Shown: positions 38,095 through 50,040 of the stretch, one piece after another
Layout of the letters: every line of letters starts with the position of its first letter
How positions within the stretch are numbered: the first letter of the stretch is position 1
NCBI GenBank assembly: GCA_051362555.1
Contig: CM120640.1
Location: 14,322,001 to 14,386,000 of the forward strand
Reading direction: 5' to 3'
Source: Lingula anatina
Lineage: Eukaryota > Animalia > Brachiopoda
Length of the DNA: 64,000 nucleotides
Notes under the pieces: model-generated
What the model was told of the DNA's origin: nothing
The model's input: the letters and a program-made list of their open reading frames with translations, nothing else
Database searches by the model: none
Translations under genes and position numbers: made by a program

Positions 38095-41000
38095 CTAAAA
38101 AAACGGCACTCTTAATTATTGAACTGCTCAGAAGACAATTGTCACTTATCAAGTAACTGACAAAACATTGCAAAAAAAAAATTAAATAAATAAAATAAAA
38201 ATAAATCAACCAGGGTAATGCATGCTTTTTGGAATTTTCAGAGCAAACCAATACTTAAGATAAAAGGCATGTTTTTCTGGATCTGAAAAACGGCTTTACT
38301 AATGACTGAACTGCTCAGAAAATGATTTGTCACCATTCAGCAACTGCCAAGGTATAACAAAAGAAAATCAATCGAGGTACACTGAAGGGTAAGCATGCTT
38401 TCTGCAGTCATCAAAGCCAACAGATTCTTCAAGACAAAAAGCACAAGTACCAGCATAACTATGGTTTGCCAAGCATTCCTGCAAAATGTAACCTCATTTC
38501 AACCAAAATGGCTTTTTTCCATGTTTCCATGCAGAAGATTACTACTAAACTTATATCATAAAGGTGAAGCACAGTCATTTTTAATAGTTTGGATGAAGAC
38601 AGGCCTCATTTAATTGCTTCTGGTCAACATTATCAATATTATTTTCTTTTAAAAACTTTTAGTCTTCTTTCAAAGCAGATAAAGCAAGTCTTACTGTACA
38701 TCACCTTTTCAAAAATCTAAGAAAAAAAAAGCTAAAAATTAACCCCAACTTTCGAGTTACCTTTGGCACATACCTGTCAGTCTCCAGTTGATCTCGTCTT
38801 ACACCCCCACTTCCCCCAAAACATTTTACCACTTTAACCACATTATTGGGAGTTAACACCAAGTACACTCCCTCCTTTTTTCTTTTCCTAAGAGCATGAA
38901 GGCCTGTGCATTTTTCAAGTTCCATCTATGACTAATACCCACCAATTCTTAAAAGGCCAGTTGAATCCCTGTTCGTGAATCAAGTGATATCCCAATGAGA
39001 GTGTATTACCAATCAAAATAAGAAGCGGGAATCCATAGATTCTTTCTCCTGCAACACGTTTCGCGGGATCTGTTTTGAGAAAAATTTGAATTACCAACAA
39101 TAGTAGACCAAATCCAGAGACAGACTAGATTCCCTCTCCAAAAAGGAATTGTTAGTACTAGTTTGTTTAGTGAAGCCTTTGTAACTGAAGGGTCGACTAA
39201 AGGCATTTTCATACCATGCATTCTATCTCACCATTCCATTTTCAGTGTTTCGATTTGAGGGATTGACAGCGTAATAGCACAGCTATCACATAAGAGAATA
39301 GCCTAAACAGAGTTTCAGCTACAGAGTGCATGCTCAGTTGGGCTTCTAGCCATGCAGTTGGAAGCAAACTTGTAAAGGAGAGTTAGGTCACCTTCACAAC
39401 CAAAACAGAGCACTACAGATGAAATGCTTAAGATAGAAAGTTGGAACTTTAGTGAAAAGGCCAGAGTGGTTACTTACATAACTTAACGTTTCCAAAACAT
39501 CCCATGGTCTTTGATTAAGTTATAGCCCAGCATAACTGTGCTACCAAGCATTACCAAGCCTGCAATGTGGAAGAATCCACCACGTTTGCGCTTGTTGGGA
39601 TCTACAGGATAAAGTCAACAATAAAAGCAAACCAAACCCTCAGTGCAAGCAAAAACAACAGAAGGTATTTAAAATGATGTGTATATATATATTATGGACA
39701 TAATTTGAATTAGAATTTGTTTTTTTTTTTTTTTTTTGAGAAAATATATTTTAATTTTTTTCACCAAAAGAAAAAAACTAACTTGGTGCTTATATGTGCA
39801 TATTACTGCTCGCTAAATGAGGAATTTGTGGGATCGAAACATATATATACTGATCAACAGGGCTATAGTTGATAAGTAATTAATACTGGTGAAGATTCAC
39901 AAAAATGTATTTAGTCCCCCTTTAAGCTACAAAAGACTATATCATATGATGTCCTCAACTAAAATAAGTCTAAGGCTGTGGTTTGTTAAGATTGAGATAA
40001 CAGAAAAATGGAAATACAAAATAAATATTAACACCAAATCATTTAACAGCAGATAATGTCTTGCTTTCAAATACTTGAATTACCATAAGAAACAAATAAC
40101 AGTTAATAGTGGGAAAATTTACTGACAATTACAATATTTAAAAAAAAAGAGAGAATCTAGGAATAAACAGTGAAGCACATTATATGACAGATTAACATAT
40201 AAATCTTTCTTTTAACTTTCTAAATAATAGAAAAATTGCTATCATGTAGTCACATATTCCAACATTTTTTTTCTTTTTTTTTTTTAAGGGAAGCAAATAT
40301 CATTTATCTGTCACACATCAGAAATTCATGTTATATCCATCATGGAATTTTTTTAGAATTGAATTATTATTCGTGGAATATAAAATTCCAATTCTGAAAG
40401 ATTATAACAGAAATTTTCTGTCTTATTTAAAATGATGAAAAGCTCCAGTAATTTTATATCAAATTTTATCCATGTGTTATATCTTTACCTTTAATTATGC
40501 ATAAAGCCCTTACCTCCAGTATTATAACCAAGTGCATACACTATACGACCCACCAAGTACACGGTACCCATGCCAGCACTGATTTTCTGTAAATTAATAT
40601 ATAAACCATAGAATTACATATATCAAGAGATGGCGTTAATTATATCTTTACTGCTATATTCTCTTTTATTGATTTTGCACAGCCACCATCATATATATAT
40701 ATACAGTATATATTAAACTTAAGTACATTGTACTGCGATGGATTTAGAATTTTGGAAAGAGGTAAAATATCAATATATAGATTTGTTGGCTGCCATCATT
40801 TTTATAACCGTGATTGGTAATCTAGAAACCCTATTTCTTCTTCCCATACTTCCAAGACTATAGTTTTACCACCTGACATGTGTCTAGCTGGCTATCACAA
40901 AACTTACTGGATACTGCAGTCCACCAAGGAAAAGGAGCATTAAAAATGGAGGATAATTTTCAAGACTGAAATTAAAAGAAGACAAAAACACCTATACTAA

Positions 41001-42073
41001 TTACATCGACATTTCTTTGGTATCACAGGATATGGGTGGCTTAAAGTAGACTATCACATAAATGAACGTGGCACAATTAATGGTATTATCTCAGGGACCA
41101 TAACCCTATCGTACTAGCAGGATCACTCCATCTTTGAGGGGATTCTTCCCAAATTGCGTTCAGTTTAAGCATGCACAAAAGTTAATTACCCCCCCCCCCT
41201 AGCAGCTTCAGTGGGCTTGAGTCTTGACAGACATTTTAACTGCTTTACTGAATGCAATTTAGCAAGAATCCCCTTGGGGTTAGATCGATCATGCTAGCAA
41301 GATAGGACTATGGGAACCAAGTCTTAGTATACATACACTGTAACTTAATCACAAAGACCGTACATTGTATTTCAAAGATAAAGTTTCAACTGGTGCATGG
41401 GCAGTCAAGTCATGGGACTTACAAGTTTTGGTGAGACCTTTGGATGCAGTTGAACTGGTTCTCTCCATTGTTGACAGGACTGTATGTTAGAGGATACTGG
41501 AAATGATTGAAAGTTTAATAATGTGTAAATGTATGTTATAATGAACCAAAATATGTTTACTTGCGTAAGGGGTAGAGGAATATAATACAGACACATTGTA
41601 TGCAGAAAAAAAATTTAGAAAAAACAGTACAAAACTAAAGCAGGCAGATTTAAGACAGGTTTAGGAAAAGGAAAGTTTTCGCATATGCAATCACATACAG
41701 TAAATCCCAAGGAAAAATGTTGCTTATTAGTTTTTGTAACCAGCAAAACGGGGCCGTAGCAATAGTCCGCAGGTTCAATACTCCGAAGGTTCATTGGTCC
41801 GAATGTTCACTACAGAACCTTCGAACCAATGAACCCTTGATTAAAAAACCGATGAAAATGTTACCGTTTTTCGGACCAATGAACCTTCGAACTATCGAGA
41901 CACCCCAGCAAAACATTAAATCAGAATTCAAAATGTACACCACTTACCGGAACCTCAAACTTCTTACGGGCATTAGCCACATTCATAGCGTGCCACATAT
42001 TAACAAAGATGCTTCCTGCCCCTGTCATGACCACCAGACCATAGTCTTCAGGGAGAACTTTGGACAGACTCAT
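37979..42073 (-). CDS. MGST3: Microsomal glutathione S-transferase 3 (MAPEG family) with alternative last coding exons
   Basis: Constant exons: 41948-42073 (MSLSKVLPEDYGLVVMTGAGSIF...ARKKFEVP), 41423-41496 (YPLTYS...FNCIQRSHQN), 40908-40965 (LENYPPFL..LGGLQYP), 40514-40586 (KISAGMGTVYLVGRIVYALGYNTG). They are followed by phase-1 exons starting DP.K. A likely non-coding first exon ends at 42566. Confidence 0.93.
38206..38282 (-). pseudogene. Remnant MGST3 exon C (duplicated acceptor with a truncated exon)
   Basis: ccgtttttcag|at cca gaa aaa. The upstream intron is paralogous to that of exon D, but similarity is lost after DPEK (DPEKHAFYLKYWFALKIPKSMHYPG*). Confidence 0.55.
38943..39069 (-). 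CDS. MGST3: MGST3 alternative TM4 exon B
   Basis: aaacag|at ccc; DPAKRVAGERIYGFPLLILIGNTLSLGYHLIHEQGFNWPFKN. Donor tg|gtgggt at 38942; if unspliced it reads on to a stop at 38915. Confidence 0.8.
39483..39601 (-). CDS. MGST3: MGST3 alternative TM4 exon A
   Basis: cctgtag|at ccc; DPNKRKRGGFFHIAGLVMLGSTVMLGYNLIKDHGMFWKR*. Donor-like gtatgtaagt directly after the stop. Confidence 0.85.
41098..41313. repeat. Imperfect ~73-bp inverted repeat (old MITE) in an MGST3 intron
   Basis: 41098-41171 is the approximate reverse complement of 41241-41313 (core ggggattctt..aaattgcgttcagt). Confidence 0.7.
41750..41906. mobile_element. GGGG..CCCC MITE (Mutator-like) with ggttcattggtccgaa repeats
   Basis: TSD (c)agcaaaac of 8-9 bp on both sides; same family as 43706-43879. 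Confidence 0.8.
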
Positions 42074-42565
42074 GATGCTTTATATTAAGTAGCCTTAAAT
42101 GAAGACAATTAGTTAGACCTTGTTTCAATGCACTAAGGCAGCTGATACGTACACATACATACTACTGTAATGCAATATAATCAGCAAATTGAGTCATGTA
42201 GAATTTCTTCTGGAAATTTTACTACATGTACTTCTACATGTACATGTACATGTACATTACGACACACACTTCCATTTGAGTTGAATTATGAAAAATTAAG
42301 TTCCCCTCATGACTCTTGTTAACATGTTTATCCTGACCTTGGTAATTTTATAAAAGTTTGAAATTATTTAAGACTAAAGTTAACTTTCTTGTTGAAATGT
42401 TTTTGAGCACCCATGCACTTTCACTTTAAGAGAACCTAAGTGACACTCCACAAAATTCGATCCCGAAGTGCTCCTTGTTGCAATAAATATTACATGAGTG
42501 TAACCACTGTCATACAAGACTAAATATTTGTGAAATTGTGAAATTTGCTTTTGATAATCCCTTAC

Positions 42566-42725
42566 CTAGCAAGTTGTAAGATGGCGAGCTTGAAGTGCAA
42601 ATCCCAGTAACCTTGACCTAAAAAGACACACGTGTGTGGAGGACGGGTTAGTAGGTCACACGATCTGGGCGTTTTGCTCAACTTTGGAATTTAAATGGGG
42701 TGTGCGTGATTGTGAGCACGTTAAG
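42566..42725 (-). promoter_or_regulatory. MGST3 promoter and non-coding first exon
   Basis: Donor ctag|gtaag at 42565; YY1-like aagatggcg; taaccttgacct; CACGTG at 42629; GGGTTA-gt-AGGTCA at 42645-42658. Confidence 0.5.
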
Positions 42726-42840
42726 TTGATAGGTATCTAAAATAGAAAGCGGCAGTACTTGAACATGACTTGACAATCCTTTAAAAAATAATAAAACTGA
42801 GACTGTATTGGTTACAAAAGTTAATGTAGACTAAATTTAA

Positions 42841-43158
42841 AAGGATAACAACTGTTCATTTTGGCCAAAAAATTAATTTTCCTGGGGTAAACAGCAATTT
42901 TCCCATACTTACCAATGGTAAATGAATCCATTTCTACATTCAAAGTTAGTCCCTGTTTTCCCTCTCATTTTTTTTTTTATAATAATAACAGAGTATAGCC
43001 ATCTGTGGAGGTCACGCAGTCCCATGGCAAGCACAAATTTAAGATTTATTGCTATTACTGTCGTTTTTGTGGTAAAATAGAATATATTATATTTCTATGA
43101 GTTGTTTAAAATGTATTTATTGTGAAATATAGATCACATACAAAGAGTTGTTATCCCT
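42841..43158 (+). mobile_element. Kolobok-like non-autonomous element
   Basis: TIR aaggataacaact / agttgttatccct with TTAA TSDs (42837-42840, 43159-43162); three copies in the window. Confidence 0.85.
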
Positions 43159-43509
43159 TTAAAGTATACCATATTTATCTATTTATAACTTTTATTGGAT
43201 ATGCATTTGCTATCACAAGAACGACCTATAGTTAGGGCTATTTTTTCCCATTGGTTATGCCCCTCGTTTACAGCCATGATTAAGATATTGAGTAAAATAC
43301 ACTTTTGGTTTTAGAACAACTATTTACTGTATAATTAGCACTATATAGCAGCCCTTATAATTTTATTCTCATTTAGATTCCAGTGATTTAAGCCTACTAG
43401 GCTACTACATTTTCTTTCAACATATACATCAAAGGCAAAAAGCACATATACGTGTAGCTAAATGAATTGTGATTCTCTTCTACTGTGTATTTAAATAGAT
43501 TGACAGTTC

Positions 43510-43995
43510 TACGGAGCTTTAATTGTTAGTATCATATTAAATTTTTTTTCTATTTTCATTTAAGTTTTATTTTATGGAATTTTCACCGTGGTGAAAATAA
43601 TTTACACCGCGGTGGAAAATAATTTACACCGCGGTGGAAAATAATTTTCACCGCGGTGGTAATTACTGGCCATCTCGGCCCGGGTGATGAATAAGTAATG
43701 AGAACGGGGGCGTCTCGATAGTCCGAAGGTTCATTGGTCTGAAGGTTCATTGGTCCGAAAAGTGGTAACATTTTTATCGATTTTTTAATCAAGGGTTCAT
43801 TGGTCCGAAGGTTCTATAGTGAACATTCGGACCAATGAACCTTCGGACTATTGAACCTTCGGACTATCGCTACGGCCCCATGAGAACCTTACATTTCCAC
43901 CGCAGTAGAAATAATTTTCACCGCAGTGGAAATTCCATAAAATAAAATTTAAATGAAAATAAAAAAAGTTAATATGATACTAACAAAGCTCCGTA
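43510..43995. mobile_element. IS3EU-like MITE
   Basis: Ends tacggagcttt / aaagctccgta with long TIRs; 6-bp TSD cagttc (43504-43509, 43996-44001); internal ccgcggtggaaaataatt repeats. Confidence 0.85.
43706..43879. mobile_element. Mutator-like MITE nested in the IS3EU-like element
   Basis: TSD atgagaac (43698-43705, 43880-43887); inverted copy of the element at 41750. Confidence 0.8.
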
Positions 43996-44925
43996 CAGTT
44001 CTTTACTTTAATTGCTTTTCCTTTTATCATTGAATTTTATTTGCTGTACGTCAAGGTTGAGTTTTCATGTTCCATGTGTATTGCTACATGTACTGTATTT
44101 GGTGTTCCAATTAACTTAAAAGGAAAGTTTAGCAGTTTTTTAAGGGTCATGTCAATTTTTTTTTATAAATTTAGGGGCATACATCATTCCTTCAGGCTGT
44201 AGAACTGAAGTGGCCATGCAGATCATGCTTATAAAGATTATATTACCCTACATGGATCTGGAGTTTTCACACCAAATCTACTTGAGGAAAAAAAAGAAAA
44301 CATTTTCTTTTACTAACAAATCATTGCTCAACCCAACCCAGCTGTCAGGAACTCCTAAATACTTGATCTTATAGTTGTGATCGATCACTTGAACTAGATG
44401 GTTTGTTCCAATTTTATTAAAAAGATTTAGTTCTAGGAAATATACCGAGTCATCCTTTGAGGACTTTTATCGTTTCAGAGGTATGAATCGAGGACATCAG
44501 TCCACTAGTACAAATACACTTACTTTCCCAGTAATCCTGTCACTCAAATGTCATTATATTTTCTAGCAATTAAATGTCGGGCCCACATATTTTGTTCTGC
44601 TTCTGCAATAATCTAACAATAATCACTATTATTGCTATATATTAGATTCAGGTAAAAATATGAGACCAACAAACGTTTGAGATATCATACCCAAAAATCA
44701 TACATTTTGGGTGGCCATATAAAAGGAAAAATATATATAGTAGTTATATCAGCATTATTTTCTGACATCCATTCTGTACCATTATTGATAAAAGCAGTCT
44801 TCAGGTCACTGATCCTTTCCTCCAAGTTCTGCTTTAAGAATTCTTGGAGTGTTAGACTGGTTTGCACACTTTTTTTATCAGTTCTCCAGCAATTAATTTA
44901 TATGAACATCACTGTTTTAGAGTCT

Positions 44926-47900
44926 TCAAGTCTTAAATGCTAATATAGCTTTTGATTTTTGCTTTTTCTTCTTCTGACTAAATCGGTCCGTTGCATCTGC
45001 AAAAAAATTGACTTCCTCCTTCTGTTCCATCTGCTGTTTCAGAAACTGAAGTCCTGCCATGTTGAAACCAAAAATGTCCTACAACATGAAAGAAGATTTT
45101 AGAAAATTTTTGTCACGCTTTTTGAAAGTGATCCTCAATTTCTCTGTACATTAAATCAAATATAATCAAAATATTATGAAATAATCTGTGACATTTATAC
45201 TTTTACTTATTAAAAGGATAACAACTGTTCATTTTGGCCAAAAATTTTCTTGGAACGGCAATTTTCCCATACTTACCGATGGTTAATGAATCCATTTCTA
45301 CATTCAAAGTTAGTCCCTGTTTTTTGTTTTTTTTTTTTTCTAAAAAGTTTGTCTTTTTTTTTTGTAATAATCTATTATGAAATTATTACAGAGTATAGCT
45401 ATCTATGGAGGTCACGGAGTCCAATGGCATGCAGAGATTTCAGATAATTTATATAACTGCCACTTTTGTGGTAAAATGGAGTACGGATATTATATTTCCA
45501 CAAGTTGTTTACAATGTATTTATTGTGAAATATAGATCTCATACAAAGAGTTGTTATCCCTTTAATATACAGAACATACTGAAAACATGTTCTCATAAAA
45601 AACACACCACAAAATATTTGTCATTGCTGCTTTGCTGACATCAACAGTGTATGCACTTACTTTAAGCTCTCCTACTTTGGAGGAAGTGTTTGTTTTTAGT
45701 TTCTCAATAACAGGCACCATCACCTGATTAGAAGTGATCTGACCATGGTGGATTCTGAAAAGAAAGTTGAAATAAATAATTTTTCAAAAAATTCATAAAA
45801 TCATGAAATTCAGGAACTTCTTGTTTGATTTTAATTTTGTATAAAATACTGAATACATTAACACACTTTCCAAACAAAAAACTATGTGTATCAAGGGATG
45901 TGTACATTACCGGTATCTACCTAAGTAAGAAGAGCAAGCATCTACATGTCAGTTCCACTTCCCATCCATTGTCTATGAACATGCTCAGTAGTCCTAGTAA
46001 GTCTGGTATATATGAGAATGGTAGCACCAGCAAGGATTCTTCCAACTCACTAAGAGCATATAAGAACATATAATATTAAAATGATGCAAATGTGGATTCA
46101 TTTGGTATCTTAAACTTTTTTAAAATCTCATAATCTATGTGATATTTGTTTCAAACATAGTATAAATACAAACACATATACATAACATAAATACAAATAC
46201 ACAAATACATAACATAAATACAAATACATTAAGTGTCTCCTTAACAGAGGATTTATACAACTGCACAGCATCAATTATTTGTAACCATGAATGCTGATCA
46301 GAGCTCATTTGTTATGGTTAAACATTTAAATTTTGGCAGTATCAGTGACCTGCTTTATGGCTGGACATTCTGTTACCTAGATTTTATTCTCCTTATAATT
46401 TCCAGTACATATTTGGCAGGAGTGGACACACCATAAGCTTGAAATAGTGGGTGAAGTTGTGGAGGGGGAAGCTGAATCAAATATATAAAAAATTAAGAAT
46501 AACATATTATTGTATCATTCAGAAATGACCATAAAATTTAATGGAATTTATCAATTTTTTCCGTAAGCTTTATAATTTTGAGGTCAATATCAACATCGTT
46601 CAATCATGTTTTCCAAATTTTGACACAAACCTCTTTTCCTGTCCTCTTGCACTCAGCTTCATGGTCTGTGTACTTTGCTGTTTCTTCTCTATAAACTTCA
46701 ACAGCCTCCATCAACTTTTCTGCCTGCATTAACAAAACTTTACAATAAAAAGATGAGAAACATATTCACATTTAACACTAAATTATAGGTAAGCTTTACC
46801 GAACTTCAAAACATTTTATCACAGTAAAAAGAGAGGCTTTGTGTAATCAACACTACTTACTGATTTCACTGTTTCTACAGTCTTTTTGCCTGCCATTCCT
46901 ACTTCACTGTCTGCTTCACCTGGGACCTGAAATATAAAATCAAAAATTCAAAATCAGTTATAAATATTCTTTAGTTATGATTTTATAATGGAAATTAAGA
47001 CATTTTAAAGTTCACTATACAGGGCAAAATTTGTGATTTTTTTCACAGCTTAACTTTTTTTTTGGTAAAATTCATCAGATCATATGTGATCAAAAAGTAA
47101 GAGATTTGCAATGAAAAATATAGACACATCACATTGAAGGTTCAACAAAAGGCAAGTTACTTACAACAGGTTCTTCACCATCAGCAATGGCTTCCTCGTA
47201 CTCCTTTTCACGTTCCTGCAAAAAAAAAATCATTTATGAATCATTAACAGAAAAGTTATTTCAATTATAAAAAGTTCCTTTCAAGCCCTTCAAGACTCAG
47301 CAAATACATAACATTATTTGAAATTACAGGATTCAAAACAACTGCAACAACAGAACTCAATTTCAATCATGTATTTCTTTTGTGGTGTAGCAAGAAATCA
47401 AATATTCATTTTCCACTTCAATCAAATATTCATTTTCCACTTCAATCAAATAAGAAATGAAAATTAATCTCATATAATCTCAATACTTTATGCAATGTAG
47501 CTGGTTTGACATCAAACACATCACTTTTATCCCACAAAATTCATCAAGAAAGTGGCCTTATTGCATTTTCATTCTTAATTTGATTCAAACAACTACTGAA
47601 TGAATCGAAATATACACGTTAACATTCACCATTTCTTTTTCCTCTTCCAATACAAGAGGCTCATCAGTCTTTTCCCAGATGCGTAGAGACTTGTCATGTG
47701 CCCCCGTCACCACATGTTTGCCATTGGGACTCACTGCAAGGCACCAGATCTCTGCATGGTGTCCCTGGAATGACATGATGTGTTAGGAGTAAATGTAAGC
47801 GTTTGTCTGCATATAATATAGGTGTATAAACATGTGCATGTATTAATGATTACTCTCTTTATTCCAAATGAAGAACTTTCCAGCAAAATGAATAGCTTTC

Positions 47901-49960
47901 CGTATAACAATGTTTTGTAGGTTATACTTGCTGATTGGAAACTTTGAAGTTAGTAGGGTTTGCGCCTATCTAGGAGTGACTGAAAATTATAAACTTGAAA
48001 AGATATAAAAATATGTGAGGTATTTGAAAATTCTAAATAATTACAGAATTTATTGTGATATTCTTATTTTTCACACACAAAAATGACATTTGTAATGCAA
48101 CGTCAAGTATATTTATCAAAAGAACATTGCTCTAACTTTGTTTCCCTACCTCGAGAGTCTGAATATGCTCAAAATTGTCACCATCCCATTCTTTCAGTTT
48201 TTTATCTTTGCCTCCTGTGAAGAACATATGGGTTTTGGTGACAAACTGAACACACATGATGCTGGAAATATACAAAACCAATGTCAGAAATGACCCGAAA
48301 CTAAATGGCTACCCACCATCTAATGGATTGAAGCCAAATGAACTTCACTTTTGTCTCTTAACTGAATCTTACTAACAGGAAGTCTGTACTGTAAATCTGT
48401 TATCAACAAAAGCTACCGTGTACAAAAAGTTGAGAAAATAGATCCATTTTTTGGTAAAAAAGGACACTTATTAGTTTAACAAATAATAAACACTGGATTT
48501 CAATTGTAAGTTTTCAGGAATAAGAATTTGATAAAAAGATACTCTGTTTTGAAAAAATAAAGAAAGCACCTGTCATCATGGGCGAATATAGACTTGTGAC
48601 AATCCCCAAAATCCAGTCCCCAAAGTTTGACATTCCTGTCAGCCGACCCCGTCACCAGCAGTGAACTGTCCGAGGAGATGTCCATGCAAGTTACTGGCAG
48701 CTTATGACCATACAGGGACAAGAAGAACTGAAAACAAAAATTGTAGTATAATTTCTGCTGTACATCATTTAAGTTCTATTGCATTTCAGGTCATCCTGGC
48801 AGCAGATTGTATGTATATTAGAAATTCTAGAGTTATTAAAGTTCCTAGTTTTTGAAAAGAGAATGATAGACATTGTTTATGAAGTTCATTAGTTTTTGCT
48901 TTTGTATACAATCAAAATATCTAGCAACTTTTACCTTCAGTGTATCAGCAAAAAATACTTTTACTGTACTGTCTAGAAGGGAGACTGCAACAAGCCTTTG
49001 ATCAGGACTGGGAAAGGAAAAGAAAATCATTTTTTATTTTAAAGAGTGTTACTTCAACATTGCCCAAAAGGTACAATTGAATGTAAAACATAAATATCAA
49101 AAGCAGCAAGTAAAGCTCTATCAAAACAAGGCAGCAAAGCTGTCAAATGTACAGACAAAAAACAGAAAATAAAGATGCAAAATAGGTCATTTTGTCAATT
49201 TTGATGCAATAATAAATAATGCTTATAATAGCACTGTCAGTCAACACTGAATTTTAATCTTGCACAACAGGTAACATGGTCAATAACAGCACAGACCCAG
49301 AGATATTTTCTGACAGTATTACAAAGTATCTATGTTGATCCATCCTCCATTTTGATGGTCTTCCAACAGAAAAAAATAGATACCAGTCAATATAAACTTA
49401 ATAACCTGACTGTCTTCAGGAAGACCCAGAAGATGGTCCACCCCTTCAATAAAATTACAGTTTCAGGACCATGAGAGTTCAAATTCACACTATGAAACTC
49501 TCAATATTTGAAAAATGATGACAGTGCATAAAATAATATTACATAATGTTTAAAGACATAAAAAACAATACAACTGCTTATGTGGAAATACAGAAAATGT
49601 GCAGAGCCCCAGGCAGATGAGAGTTAAAAGTCACAAATGCAAGTGTTTGAGAAAAAATTATAAAGGAAAACATAACAAAGCTAGAAAAGCACTTTGAGAG
49701 TGCAGACCTCTGCCAAGGCAGCACTTGTTGATTATTATTGATAATTGATTGATTATTGTTCCAGACCACCACCAAAAATTAATCATTGTCCTCTTTGGCC
49801 CACTTCAGACAGTTCCTGAAAATTTCTGCAAAATCAGTCCATAACTTTTTGTGTTATGTGGATGACAGACAAACGGGGGTGAAAATATGACCTCCTTGGC
49901 AGAGCTTGAGGTAAATATAATTCCAATGAAGATGCTATTCAAACTTTTAATCTTCCAGTT

Positions 49961-50040
<80 letters not shown>

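Noticed and set aside
44685-44867. Coding-looking 60-aa ORF after the WDR3 stop
   Set aside because: It has a non-ATG start, an in-frame TAA follows the WDR3 stop within three codons, and I recognise no homology; treated as 3' UTR.
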